Of a stretch of 64,000 nt of DNA, positions 1 through 13,312 are shown piece by piece. The notes under the pieces are model-generated. The model ran no database searches. It worked only from the letters and a program-made list of their open reading frames with translations, and had not been told where the DNA came from. Source of the stretch: Basidiobolus meristosporus CBS 931.73 (lineage: Eukaryota > Fungi > Basidiobolomycota). Location: contig MCFE01000136.1 in the NCBI GenBank assembly GCA_002104905.1, positions 1 to 64,000 of the forward strand, written 5' to 3'. The position numbers were made by a program, and so were the translations under genes. How positions within the stretch are numbered: the first letter of the stretch is position 1; every line of letters begins with the position of its first letter.

Positions 1-649
1 TGAAGCATTATTATGGAGTGGAAGTATGCGCTTGAGGTAAACATCGATTTATTGGTCAGTATTGGAAGATTGTTCATGGTAGAATATTCGAATAAGACCA
101 AACAGTCCACGATACATTGACAAATTAGTGCGAATTCATGGACAACTCAATGCTAAATCAGGCAGATCGCTACACTCCTCTTTAAACAATTCTGACAATC
201 AACAAAAAGTCCTTCCTGGATATTCAGATTTCTCACTACGAATTCTACTATGCATCATTAATCCCTCTACACAGTGCTTAATTGTACGGTAGCAACGGTC
301 CGGATACCTGATTCCATTATGTTAGCAAACAGTGAGGTGCAAATTAGTCTTTATTAATAAATCGCAATGACCGCGTAGCGTGTGATGAAGGGAATAGGAT
401 AGAGTCTATATTGTGGCGCGATTACGTACATACCCTTACAATATGTATCATTCAGGAGTATTTCTTCTGTGTTCTGGTACAAAATTTTTACCTTTCAATA
501 GAATGGTAGATAATGTTGCGATTGATTGGTCTATCGCCCGTTTGACTATTGTTTCACAGATGGCCAGCATCTTGGAAATTAGCGTGGAAGAACTTTTATC
601 AATTCTTCGGAAACCTTGAAAAGATCTAGTATCTTGACGGCGGCTCAAT

Positions 650-1620
650 CATCTTTGTACACAGCCTCCTGAGCTCTTTAAGTCATCTTTATCAACACCA
701 CCGCAAAGCTCTGTACACAAAGGATCATATCCATTCCACTCAATAAGCCAGTCAGCAGATGTCCTAACTAGCATCCACTTGCACAGGCTACCGAAAATAA
801 CAAAATGTACTGCAAGTTGTAACTACTGGTAATTCTTGTTATTTGCAAAATTGAGAAACTCAGTATACCCAACCAGCTTTCCTTAATCAGTTTGGAAGCT
901 GACCTTGGAATCGAAAGGGCTTTTTCCAAATCCAGTACTTACAGCCTTGGCATTTATGTTGTATATTTCATAATTACACCTAAATATTCACCTAACTTAG
1001 TCACTTAGATCATAGTCTACAAATCTTAGAGAATTCTGGCCAAATTCTTTGTCGGGATTTACTTCGAATATTTCACCAAAATATCAGGTACCCAGAACAT
1101 GGAATATTGATAAGTTATCCAAAGAGTTCAAGCTTTGCACACATGTTCTTGGGACCTTCCTAAGCATACTCTACGTGTTTTTTGCCAAGAGCATGTAAAA
1201 GTATAAATCCTACTTTTGCATTCAATATATCATTATATGAAAACCACATAATCGACTTGTTCACCCAATCACTTTCAATATCTCCAAAACTCTTACAACA
1301 AGCTATTCTATACCCTTGCGAGAAGTATCAAACTGAGATTTCATATTATACTCTGCTGGTGTTCTGGTATTTTTCTGTCAACTCTCCAAGTGTAGATAAC
1401 TCTAGAGTCAGTGGGCTGATTGTTACCATATCTGACCTGAGGATTACTCAGGCACAACACCTTTATGTACATATATTCACTTGTTCCCCCAAGAATGTGG
1501 GACTTTCTGATAATAAAGGTTGCTACTTTGAGGAAAAATATATTGCTGATAGCATCATACTGACACTCTGCTGGACTTGAGCATTTTTTCTTAGGGTATC
1601 ATGTTGACAAATTTTATCAG
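650..1620 (-). pseudogene. Decayed unidentified ORF interrupted by the solo LTR
   Basis: Removing the LTR plus one 5-bp flank joins YFSQGYRIA in frame to AKAVSTGFGKSPFDSKVSF...TSADWLIEWNGYDPLCTELC. Several stops remain and I do not recognise the family. Confidence 0.3.
957..1300 (+). mobile_element. Solo LTR of the Ty1/copia family found at 57.0-59.1 kb
   Basis: Starts TGTTGTA and ends TACAACA (terminal inverted repeat). Aligns along its length with 57029-57364 and 57487-57818 (shared blocks such as CAAATCTTAGAGAAT, GGTACCCAGAACATG, CACACATGTTCTTGGGACCTTCCT). No PBS or gag follows. The flanks ATTTA/AGCTA form only an imperfect 5-bp TSD. Confidence 0.85.
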
Positions 1621-2146
1621 CCTATCTTCCAATCTATCCATTTTCATTACTAAGCCTGATGAATTGTGGAAATATCTCTATACAACACGCTTATATACTA
1701 AGTGATTATACAAAGATATAATTTTATTGCAGGATTCTGGGGGAGTATCAAAAGTGGCTTGAGCAGTTTGTATAAATGTAGTGTTGTAGAATTTGGAGAA
1801 TGCTGGAAGTGATGGGAGAGCAAGTGAATCGAGGCGTTTACTCTACCATCTATCTAATGTAAAAGTTACGGTGATACTTATACAAAGTGTGGACAAATAA
1901 TACATGTATAAGGCTTATTAAGGTCTTAAAACATACTTACAAAGTGTCGGATGAGCATGCGGATTCAGGGAGTGCTAATAAGTGCCCCTCTGGATTCTGT
2001 GCGAATACCCCTTTTGGTGAATATAGCTATTTACTTTGAATTTTGCTCATTGCTTCCTACACACAAGTCCCATCAAGCGCTAGCGCGGTTGGAAAGAATA
2101 CTTCTCAGGATATCAATATGAGTACAGCCATATAGTGTGGGTGTTG

Positions 2147-3664
2147 TTAGATGGTTGGATATTGATGCTTTTTCAAAGTGGGCGTTATTGCTAATGATCC
2201 CAAAAGAAGGCCAAAGGCAAGGCATATACAGATCCTTAGCATTTGCACCGCAAGTTCAAGGCCATGGCTTGATTCCACGATGATCTCGAATATTCCTCGG
2301 ATCCCAAGACCGCCAGGTACCAATAGCGAGACACCATTCAGAACTCCCGGCATGCCCATTTTGCCTGTTATTTGCGTGTATATGTGCCCAGATAAAGCCA
2401 AATTGAATGCGGCTACAACAGTGGCAACGGTCGGGCTCAACAGCCGGGATAACACGTACTGAGTAGTATATGCTATGCTACTGATACCAATGATACCAGG
2501 CCATTGCCTAGGCGAGGCGTGATTTATAACCGCCGAGCATATGCTAATCAATGGAAATAAAACCAGTATCCAGAGTGGATTAATTCTATGGCATTGGGGA
2601 TGCTCGATAGGGATCACCCCTATGCTCTGAAAGGCCGAGGAGCCAAATGAGAGTCCGAATGCCAAAATGAATGAAAGAGAGAGATTATAAAGCAGCCTCA
2701 ATGTTCCTGATATCACATTACGAGTAGCCAGTTCAATCACTGATGTAGCTAGAGAGTATCCTGGGACAAGCTTAGTGATCGCTGACAGCATCACGGCAAC
2801 ATAGCAGATATGCGTGTGAAACGCGGTGGCGATAATGGAGACCAGGAAGCCAGCCGATATCTCAAGAATACTATTGTAGGTGTAAATGCTCTTCGAAAGC
2901 CGACGTAGTGCTCCCACCAACAGCCCTAGTATCCCGCTCGCTATCCAGTCCTTGATCCCTCCCCCGTAAGCAATCGGGCAGGATAAAAAGGAGTAGAGGC
3001 CGAAGCTAACTATCTCACACCAGTCTGGGTAGTATTTCCGGTTTTTGTACAGGTTGTCGAGCAGTTTGTGCCCCTCAGCTATGGTCATCACACCCTGGCC
3101 CACTTTTTGGGAAATGATTAGGCACTTCTCGAGTCTATCCATGTATTTGCTCTCGTTAACAATCATAAGATAGGTGTCGCTAGCGCGGATGTCTTCGCTT
3201 TCAAATGAAGCCAAGATCATCCCGGGAACGAAGGCAAAGGAGCTCTGGATGCTCAACGCAGCGGAAGCAATTCTCATGTTATCCTCCAGACGGTGTCCTG
3301 GTGATCCGAAGGTAGCAAAGCACCGGGCTAGTCGTAGCAGGTAATCCCGCTTGAGGATTGTGTCGGCTAGGCTACTTATTACTAATCTGGAGCTCTCATC
3401 TAGTGTGGTCTCGCCAGGATCTCTCATATTTTTTCCTGCTCGATGTCTCGCTCCTCTTTTGCCGTTCCAGAAATTCAATGCCATTAAGTTAGATAATACT
3501 GATTTCCTAGAACCCCCACGGTGACCCATTACCTGCTCTACAACACTCCGCACTTCAGGACTGAGGTCGTTATCAACAGCCTGATGGTCAGAGCTCTTTT
3601 GGCTTGGCATAAAGCTGCTACTTGGCTGCTTTTTTTGGCTTGTAAATAACGTACGTATCCACAT
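2147..3664 (-). CDS. ThrE/DUF1212 threonine-serine exporter family membrane protein (Prm10-like), single exon
   Basis: 505-aa ORF. The FGSPGHRLED...FAFVPGMILASF block is typical of Prm10/ThrE, followed by about ten hydrophobic helices ending VPGGLGIRG. Confidence 0.85.
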   Translation of the reverse strand: MWIRTLFTSQKKQPSSSFMPSQKSSDHQAVDNDLSPEVRSVVEQVMGHRGGSRKSVLSNLMALNFWNGKRGARHRAGKNMRDPGETTLDESSRLVISSLADTILKRDYLLRLARCFATFGSPGHRLEDNMRIASAALSIQSSFAFVPGMILASFESEDIRASDTYLMIVNESKYMDRLEKCLIISQKVGQGVMTIAEGHKLLDNLYKNRKYYPDWCEIVSFGLYSFLSCPIAYGGGIKDWIASGILGLLVGALRRLSKSIYTYNSILEISAGFLVSIIATAFHTHICYVAVMLSAITKLVPGYSLATSVIELATRNVISGTLRLLYNLSLSFILAFGLSFGSSAFQSIGVIPIEHPQCHRINPLWILVLFPLISICSAVINHASPRQWPGIIGISSIAYTTQYVLSRLLSPTVATVVAAFNLALSGHIYTQITGKMGMPGVLNGVSLLVPGGLGIRGIFEIIVESSHGLELAVQMLRICICLAFGLLLGSLAITPTLKKHQYPTI

Positions 3665-4940
3665 TTGAGAAACAAAGGTTCGGGGATATCCGCTGCTCTA
3701 CTATATAGCGTCTGTTTTGTTCAACAAGATGATGAGAGAAGTTACAAGGCTTCGGATCTCCAGCTGCTGCTTTATTTGCTGCAACCCAAGGCGCTCTTGG
3801 CCACAATTTATTATAAATCCACTGTCTATTTTGACATGTGAAGATCGGCTGAATGTTTCCCAAGTATTATCTGCAACAGGTAAAAGCACGGCAATGAGAG
3901 CCCAACGTCGTGGATTCCTGTGAATTTCTAAAGGAACGCTCTGTGTGTAATACGCTACTTGAAACACCTCACAACACCTTGCCTGACTAACACTGTGAGT
4001 TGCCTGAGCTCGCCTGTCCACGGTGATGTTTCAATCATCCCATGTGTGCCAACCACCTAGAGGCTCTTCACGAACTGATTTGGGGTTTGTTTGATCGCAG
4101 GATATTGGATATTGTCATGTGCAACCCTTTGCCAAATGCATGATTAGGTGATGCCACCAAGGAGCCGGTAAACAATCGCGTATGGTACAGAAAGCTACCT
4201 CTCCCTGTCTGTTTATTAGCATTTGCATGAAAGTGTGGGCAAACATCGCTCAAACACGGACTCCCTCTCATTGTAGTCAGCACTTGATGTGTGCATGTAT
4301 TGAAGTAGCGGGGCTATATTGATGGCAAACAAATGAAGTTCGGGATTGTTTAGATCTGAATCGCCTTCGAAAACGAATAGATAGATCCGCATGCCTGCAT
4401 CCGTAAATCATTCTGCTCTTGGCGTGCAGCGATTCTCTTCACCGACCCGCAACGCACCATCGACCTTCACGTGAAATACTTCATCTAACCGGCAGACTCT
4501 ACAACCGTGCAGCAATGTTCTAGAGAGGTTTATTCCAAGCGATCAGGAATGCAGTTGCAAATGTGGCGATCAACCGGCAAATAGATAGATAGCAACGAAA
4601 CCAGCCTTGAGATATCAATTCTACCAGGCATCAAGCTGAACCCTGTGTTGCAAACCATCTCAGTATATATGGGTGTATAAAGGAGATGGGAACTGCTTCC
4701 GTTTTATACATGGAAATTTTGATCTAATTAATAAATAATATCTTTCAATTTCGTATGTCAACAAAGGTGTAATCAAACAACATTATTTTCGGCGAGAACC
4801 AAGTATGGTAGGCCTCCAATCGAATTGACTATCATTAACGACCCAGTCACACTGAGTCCATAGGACCATTGCTTGGAGATATTTACATTATATCGGCGAA
4901 AAGGTGCATAAGGTGACTAGGCGGGTATGCGCAATCTATC

Positions 4941-7623
4941 TTAATGGGTCTGGGTAGTCGAAACGACGGATGCAACTTGCGTAGGGAATCGAACTGTGGA
5001 TAAAAAGAGGGATAGTCCAGGCTCCTCGCTTGGAGGGTGCGAAATGTGTAGTTGAGAGTTTGGCGGTGTGACTTGTCGTATTAGTTGGTCTAACATCTCG
5101 GTAGTGATTGAGGAGGATGCCATAGCCTTACTTGAAAGCAGCTCCATGGGATCGTCGTCTGGGATTTGGTGAGATTGTAGAACTGGGGGCTCTAGCATCG
5201 ATGATTCTTGCTGCTTTGACGCATCTACTTTGGTCATAGAGTAGTCGCATGGTGAATCGGATTTGCCTCCAGTCTGCGATAATATGGGTGAGCCGGACCT
5301 TCCACCAGCGGAGGCAGGCATTGATTTGTCGACCAAGGATAGGTCGTTGCCCAGCTTTGGAGTCGTAAACGACGAGGAGCCGGGCTGATAATGATGGTAC
5401 TTGATTCTTTGTGTTAGCTGAGTAGCCCCAAGGAGCTGATTGTTGAAATCCGACATCTGCGACGGGCTCACCCCCGAAGCATTCTGCGGATGGATTTCAT
5501 ACGAATGGGATAACTCATGTCCTTTGACGTGCTTTCGCAAGGATCTCGAATGATAATACGCTTTCCCGCATCCAGGAAAGGGACACAGATAAGGCCTTAC
5601 GTTGGAGTGCGTTTTGACGTGGGTAGCTAATGAGTCTGGCCTCGAGAACCTTTTACCGCAGTCTTGAGAACATTCAAACAATATCGTTAATACATCTGGC
5701 ACGACGCTGCAACACGTTTTGAGCATAGCTTACCAGCAACTGGGCATTGGAAGGGCCTTTCCCCCGTGTGCGTTCTCAAATGGTTGTACATCTTGTGACG
5801 TTTTGTGAACGGCTTCTGATTACGTGAGCACCCTTGCCACTCGCATTTGTATGACGCCTGATAGACCAAAAGTTAGTAAGATCGGTGACACGGCCATTTT
5901 GAGGCTCCCTTATTCTCTACCTTGCCACTTCCGATGTGCTGTTGGCCGATGTGCGAAATGAGGATGTCTAATGCCGGGAAAGACTTGGCACAGTCACTCC
6001 AGAGACAATCAAATGTCTGGGATCTCTCGAACTTGTCATCATCTTTGTCGCTCTTCACATACTCCTCGTCCAGCTCCTCCTCCTCATCTTCTTCGATCTT
6101 TTCGTCGGAGATACAAGTAGACAGTACACTGGCATTACCTGCGTCTAGCGAATCGGTGATCTCGCCTGAAAAACTTTTAAGTATCTGACCATTGAAGTGC
6201 ACTGCATGAACGATATACCTTCGTCCCCTTGTTCAGATCCAGCGTCCCCAGGAGTGGAAGCATTATCTGCCTTCAGGATTGGCGAGCCCTTGGTCTTCGC
6301 TAACTCATCCTCGACATTCCGAAGTCTTCTGATTAACTCTTCTCGTGTCAGGTTATCAAGTGATTTGGATTTCTCAAGAGCGGACAGATCATCCACACAA
6401 GCAGCCCTGAAAGGGGCCGAATCCCGATATCTACTGTCATTGTTTGGACCATTGGTTGATCCCAGTCTACCATAGCCATCAGAAGGATACTCCAATATCT
6501 TCAGAGGCTTCATGTTTGGCCCTTCTTGCGATTGTAACGTCAAGCTGTCCATCTGCTCAGGAGGGATGCCGTGGAAATCGCTTAGTGACACTTGTCTCGT
6601 AAGTGCCCTATCCATATACCCGCGCTGCTTCAACATTTGCCCTTCAGTGGTCTGGCGGAGCAATTGTTTCTCAGGGCTCCGGGGAAATCCTGAATAATTC
6701 AACTCAGGAGCGGAGTACTGTCTCCGATGGCCCATTTTCCTACGCATTGCGTGAAGCATTTGGGGATTGTCGACTGCCTGTTTCTGGAGAGGTGTGCCAT
6801 GCTCGGAGGGTATTGTTGGGACCAAGTGAGGATTCACGACCGCAGATATATTGTTCATACAAAAATAGGGGTTCGAGGGCCTTGCACCACTCATGGGAGT
6901 AAACATAGACACTGACTTGCTATATCCGTGACGAAGATGTGCTGGCCTATTCATGCGAACCGCGTGATTGCGAGGTACCTGTGTTGAGCACATATCGAAG
7001 TTCATCATATTTCCATTCGGGTAGACGGTGTTCATGTGAACATTGGTGTTCGGGTGTACGGCCGTCATGGCAGGAACACCGTGTGAAGGATCGATCGCCA
7101 GGTTCACCGGCACCGACATGTTTTGAGGGGGTGTTCTAATGTTTCGGGTGGTTGTGCTTGTGAGCATATTCTCAAAATACTGTTGCTCATTGGGAATGGG
7201 GTTCATCATGGAATTACCCAATACCAAGTTGGAGCCCTCGGATTGGAAATTGTTGTGTGGAGATAGCTGCAGCATGGAGGAAACCACGTGCTCTTGAGGA
7301 ATCAAGCCACCATTCGGGGTGGGTTCCACCGAGCTATCTGGCTTCTCCTGGTTGACACCCTTCGCCTCCGTTAACGGTTCCTGTGACGGTAGCGTCGGGG
7401 TATCAAGCAACATCATGGTTTGCGGTATTATATTTGGGCCTGATAGGAGTTCGTCAAGTTCTTGTGGAGATAGTTGCTGGTTCAGGAAGGGCTGGTTGAG
7501 CATGTCTTGAGACATACTCGTGTACATGCCTTCAGTAACAGCCTGCGACTCCCTGGAGAAGCTGGTGACGAGGCCGTTAGTGGAAGAACACCCTTCAGCA
7601 AGTTGTAGTGGTTGCTCAGCCAT
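4941..7623 (-). CDS. C2H2 zinc-finger transcription factor, Gli/Zic-like finger array, 4 exons
   Basis: Fingers FDCLWSDC..HIGQQH, YKCEWQGC..HLRTHTGERPF, CGKRFSRPDSLATHVKTH and YLCPFPGCGKAYYHSRSLRKH. GT-AG introns at ~6218-6166, ~5920-5858 (TACTAAC branch point) and ~5733-5663 keep the frame. ATG at 7623. Confidence 0.9.
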
Positions 7624-10600
7624 GTTTTTTGTGAGTCTACGTGAAAGTGGTATGATATATAAGAGAGAAAGGTTGCTCAAATAGTGGGTGGTGTTGTGGT
7701 CGTTCTGGAGTCAATCTACTATCTAGTTCATTAGAAGGCACCTTGTTACCTGATTGCGAAACAGTCGAGTGCTGAGTTTAAGGATAGTCTTTAGGGTAAA
7801 GGTATATTCCTGACTGCGGGTTGAGGACGTGGTGCTGGACTAAAGAAATGTGTGGCGTGCAAATAACTATGCGTATAAAATACTGATAGAAAAGTGGAAG
7901 AGATTAAATTTAGCGTAGACAGACGGCTAGTTTATATAATTGACTAGTTTGTCGTTGATTTACAGATTTCAATACAAGTCATTATTTCCTTAAATTAGAT
8001 GGATCCTCAGTCATCTCGGGTGAATTCCTATTCAGGATAAAGTACTGAAGTGTATTGAATGCATCAAATGCAGAGTTGCCCCTAGTGATTTACCATGTTT
8101 GGGAGAAGCAGATAATCGATGGATCAAATGAATTTTCAATATTGACCCAAATTTTCAACAGTCAACCAAGTTGTAATAGCCCACTAAATGAATATAGAAC
8201 AAAAAGCAAGGGAGATCTCGAATTCCTCACCCACTCCTTCCTCTACTGGGCGCATTGGTTGCGCCTTAGCTCGAGTACAAAATATTTTCTCATTACACTA
8301 ACCCGTAGGATTGAAGCATTTGGTGGCAGTTGTTTGTATTCTTGTTTACAAATAAATATATTATGCAGAAATCAAATCGGCTCGATGGCTTCATGAGCCT
8401 CTTGGCTAGCTTCTTTGTCAGGTGTTATTCATGACTCCCACTCCCACTCCCACGAGGCCGTCTGTCTAACTCTTTTTAATTTTGGGAAACTTGAAGCAAT
8501 ATTCCACTTGCTAGCTCAGCAGTCAGGTTGATGCCAAAAATGGACCTTGTTTGTGCTGCTACCTGGTCGCCGAAATGGCGCGTATCCTGTTACGGAATAC
8601 ACAAAACCTGAAGAGTCATATATTATAGCATGCAGAGTACATTAATTGCAGACTAGACAAAGGACCGACTTGAGCTTTCTTTGTTCATGTATCCAATATA
8701 AATGGACAAGTTTGATTTGTTTTAAGGGTAGATGGCACTGCGACATGTCGGCATACCTATCGCATTTCACCATTTTGTCAAGAAGAAGCATGATAGCATC
8801 ATACTTTGCTCGAGAGAGCATCTTATGCAACTAATATTCGGGTTTTACGAATCATTGATTTTTGGCATTGCTCGATACGTAGGATGGTTTAGTTTATACA
8901 GGGATCCGTATGGTTTAAAATAGAACGGAGTAGGAGCAGTGATGGGGACTGGTAGATAGCGGTTGGTGCGGGGACTAGAAAGGACTGCATATCCCAGTTT
9001 CGGAGCAAATCCTAGTGTCGTCGGTAGGACAGTTGGATGGGTACCCTTACAACGAACAAAGGCTGTAACTCGGAGGCTCAAAAGGGCCCTGAATCCCTGC
9101 TTTCAAGGCGAGAATCTTCGTTCCAGGCAATAAAGGCCGTGGTATGGATTTCGAGTCAGCGAATCTTAAATGGCGCAGGGCAATGGCTTGGTTGGTGCTG
9201 GCTTCCATAACGCATGTATGTCCAACACACAGGAATCTCGATGTGTAACTCATTATACGAACCAAGAAGTATTATTAAGCAGGAATGTTCGACGATTCCT
9301 TAGACCCTACATTACGTTCAATAAGGTGGAAATCGGCTGGCACCAGCAAGCAGCTGCCATGGAATTCTGACAATTCAGAGGGATCCCAGCTTCAGCCTTG
9401 GACAATGTCCACGGGGAGCCAATAGCGGCAGGAGAGCGTTTGGGCAGCTCAATCAAGATATGATGCTCCGCTTGGCTGCTAGAATTCTCAATGCATGAGA
9501 GTGGAGGGAATATTCTGACCTCTGGTCGCTGAGACTCCAAATAATCCATTCGGATCTTCAGCTTTGCATTGCTTGCGTCCCGCTTTACAAGATCCCAACT
9601 GCCACATGGCACCTGACTCCGATTTGATTCACAGGGAAATGTGGGGGGAGGGGAGGTGAAAAAGGGAGGGTGACCTCTCTAAGCATAATCACTAAACTGG
9701 ATATTTGATGCATCAAGAATACAATGTTTGACGACACTAATTCAAAATCCAGCCGGCCAATCAGGGAAGTTCTCCATTGTTGATGAAACATATCATTCAT
9801 TTATCCGGCTGAGTTTGAAAGGCGATAGAAAACCAGCCACCTGATTTAGCATTGAAATCACGATCAGGCTGTTGCTTCGGGAGAATAGAACTAGCTTGAC
9901 TTGTCGGAGAAAAGAGACACAGGCGGCAACACAAGCTTATTCAAGTTTTGGATATGTGGACAAGATGCATACACCGTTTGTCCCATCTTTTCAGATTCAG
10001 ACACCAATTGCGCGCCTTGCTTGACAGAGACACTGATCCTGTATCATCAGATCCATCTGCTGGCCAGTACAGCTTCAAACGATAGCTTCATCATCGATTA
10101 CCTTATTCCTGCCGATGAAGTGTAGCAACTGACTCTCGCGAAGCAAGCCATCTCTGGCGAGCAGCGCTCCCTGAAGCTCCTCTCCGATCGTTAGTAGTCA
10201 CTCTGCTCAAAAAGGCTGGTCTGTATGGTGACAGAATCCTGCATAATCGTCAACTCGGTAACTCACTGGCAAGTCCGACGCTCAGCCAGCTGATTTGGCA
10301 TAGCCCTACCTAATCGAAGCTCGAGTTTCAACCGGGATAGCAAGTTGATGGAGAATACGTGGTTTCCCGATTTCGATGTGAGGCCAGTTCTATTCGTGGA
10401 TGATGCACCACATGGTGATGCATAGCACAGCTTGCCCAAGCCTATTGCCGAATAGAATCTGGTTAAGCTATCGGATTGGACAAACCAGCTCACCCACCCC
10501 GAGGGCCAATGGACCGAGGGAGGCAGAGGGGGGGGTGTCGAGACGGAACAAAGGCCCTAATTTAGTCAGATAGTTGAAATGTAGGAGCATAGCAATGGGC

Positions 10601-11367
10601 TAGATACACAATTGGGCAATCCACAACAACACTGTGTTCCTTAGAGGGCATATAAAATAATTTGTCCGTGGCACAGGATATATACACCACATCACTGAAT
10701 GCTTAAACAGGAATGCTCGAATTAGTTCACTAAACAATAATATCCACCCGTAGCACAAGCACATGAGCAAGAGATTGCGCTAAGACAACACGAATTAGGG
10801 CTTGTGGCTCCGTAAGCAAAGCTGGTTGAACGGTGATAAAGGAACACTTGGTAACGGCCACGAATAAGTGACACGAATTAATGACGTGGAATAGCCCGTC
10901 TTAATTGTTATTTAGAGCAGTGGTTAGCTCTGGTTCTGGAACTTCGAGTTGGTACACAATGTAAAGTGCATACATGATGCAAATGGTGTTTCTGAGAATC
11001 GCAAGACCTTCATTACACCATGATTACGAGGCTTCTAGCCGGGGGAGATGGTGGATGTTTCCTGGGCGTGCACATTTTCCCAAGCCTTCCAACTTGCTTG
11101 ACGCGAGATGCGCTGGTGAAGCAGTGATGGCTCTGCTACTACTTGATGATGTTTTAGGTAGCAGGCGTCTAATCGAATCTACACTCTTGTTGGCGGCCAG
11201 ACGTTAGGTTACATTGATTCGAGTCTCAGAGATATCCTGAGGATTGTCACCCGTATAGGGAGTGCAAATTCAACAAGTTTCTCTCTAATTGTGATTTTAT
11301 TGAGTGTGGCGCATTGTGTGTAAATGCATGGGTTTATTCGGGCCGATCTCAAGACCAGTCCGGTCCA

Positions 11368-13014
11368 CTATACTCCGCTGATACTACTAAACGCCTTGGC
11401 ATTTCGATGAGTTACAGTAAACCGTACCAGTTCTGGAGCTAAATTAATACCAAGTGTTGGTATTGCTATTAAACTTCCTTGGGAGTCGGTAACAGATGGG
11501 ATGGTGAATCTACTGGGCTCAGGTACCAACTTAAACCACCCCTTCATCTTACGCTCAAAGTCAACGTTGCTTCGGATTTGCTCCCGATCTGAGTTCTTCA
11601 AAGGCCTAATGAACAGCTTCAGTGGTGAATGGGATGAATTCCCATGCAAAGTAACGAATATTCTATTATCCCATAAGTTGGATGTATCCCAGGATAGCTC
11701 ATTCTCCAATTGCGGTAGCTCACTTCTTTTTGGGGGCTGGCGGGATATTGTCCAAGTAGAAGTACCGTCTTTCGGAGATACAATGAGCGTTCCGCCGAGT
11801 GCTATACTCTTTCGAGTTGAGCCATGGGTGAAGTTTGCAATGTCCTGGCGGAGAGCGAGGATTTGTTCCAGCCTCGGAGGATGTTCTTTGCTCCCCACAT
11901 GGTGAATCAGCGTTGAGAGTATTCGGGTAGCTAATGGGGTAGAGTCTAGCCAGTCATTTTTGACGGTGAACGTGCAAACACCATTTTTGCTATCAAACTT
12001 TGCCAGCTCTTTCATTGTGTCTGTTACTGAAGAAGAGTTTTAACGAAAGGCGTAATCTCCATCAGAATACCAAGACGGCACGCTACCTTGAGAGTGGACA
12101 TACTCCCGGTGTTGACGCATGTGGGCGGCAAAGTTCTTCAGCGGGATGTCGGTGAACGCTTCCAAGGGAGAGTGAGTTGAGGCTTCCCGAGCTTTTTTGG
12201 CGCGTTCATCAACATTTTTAAGCAGGTGTCTAATCAAATTCCTCTGATAAGTAAGGTCTTCATTACTCGGATCTTCAAACCATTCAATTCCATAATATTT
12301 GCACGTATCGATCAACCTAGACTGCATCAGACAGCCAAGCAGATTAGTAAATGTCGAGGAACGCAAAATGGTCAATTCTTTATAACCTTGGGAATATCCA
12401 ACAAAGGTCTGGCAACCAGCAGATCAAGTGCAGGAATACTGTCGGTAAAGGGAAACCTCGTTAATGGCGAGATACCGGCCAATCCATCGATTCCGGACGC
12501 TCTTGCAAACCGGAATATAGTGGTTTCCTTGAGGTCACCCAGGTGATGGCCGAAATATACGGTATTACATTGGTTTTGATGGCAAGCCTTTCCAAGTAAG
12601 GAGTATCGAGCTTTTCTGGCCAATGTCTCCAAATGCTGGCTCTTTGGAATCCCCTCTGAATACCCGTGTTCTTTCCAATCAATCTTCAAAATGTCATGCT
12701 TGATGTCTATTAAAAGAATTGAAGGTCAGGAATACATAAAGGCTTGTGCAGGAGTCAAATCCAACTTACTAACTTAACCTCTTTAGCACAGCGCCCACCG
12801 AGTGCGCTTCAACCGTACTTTCCGTCCGTAGTTGATGATCAATGGTAAATGCATGTAGTCTTTCTCCAAAATATTGGCTGAGCAGGTAGCAAATTGCCAT
12901 ACTATCCACACCACCGGAAACCGCTACACCTTGGCAAAATGAAGGAACGAGCCCATGCTTTCTCAAAAATTTATTCAGCAGAGCCGAGAACTCTTCTACT
13001 CTGAGGGGGTTCAT
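11368..13014 (-). CDS. tilS: tRNA(Ile)-lysidine synthase (PP-loop ATPase), spliced, with a long C-terminal extension
   Basis: Motifs AVSGGVDSM, TIDHQLR.ES, ETLARKARY, GHHLGDLKET..R..RASG, RPLL and WFEDPSN are spread over ORFs 12769-13044, 12372-12689, 12040-12375 and 11368-12015, with short introns between them. Confidence 0.88.
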
Positions 13015-13312
13015 GTCACCAGAGTACCAACAAACAAGAAACACTTCTGATTATTTTCATCATTTTTCTCCAACGAATTCCCCATGATTCATCACTAAAT
13101 TACGGTTCAGGATAAGCATATTGCATGTAGCTCTGATCAATTCTCTAAACATCAAACCCCCATTCAAAACGGCATTGCTCCTGCGCACTATGGCTAACAG
13201 AGAGTGCCATAGTACAAGCCCAGTACTGCTCTATTGTGCCCAAACATTGGTATTTCGTTAGAGTGAGTTTTCCAATTTTACTGTTACAAAGTGACTTCAG
13301 CACGATTTACAC

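Noticed and set aside
380-619. ORF 413-619 ending MASILEISVEELLSILRKP resembles an XRE-type HTH tail
   Set aside because: Too short. GT-AG signals nearby suggest the last exons of a gene starting before the window, but I could not build a consistent frame.
6483-6490. GTATCCTT (U12 donor consensus) on the minus strand
   Set aside because: It lies inside the open coding exon (E-Y-P-S). Every intron I traced is ordinary GT-AG, so there is no support for minor-class introns.
8515-8600. CAGTCAGGTTGATGCC faintly recalls a TPP riboswitch core
   Set aside because: The CTGAGA and CCTGA..GCG.AGG elements are missing and there is no thiamine gene nearby.
10914-10960. AGAGC-AGTGGTTA-GCTCT hairpin resembling a tRNA D-arm/A-box
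   Set aside because: No T-arm (GTTCRA) or acceptor stem follows.
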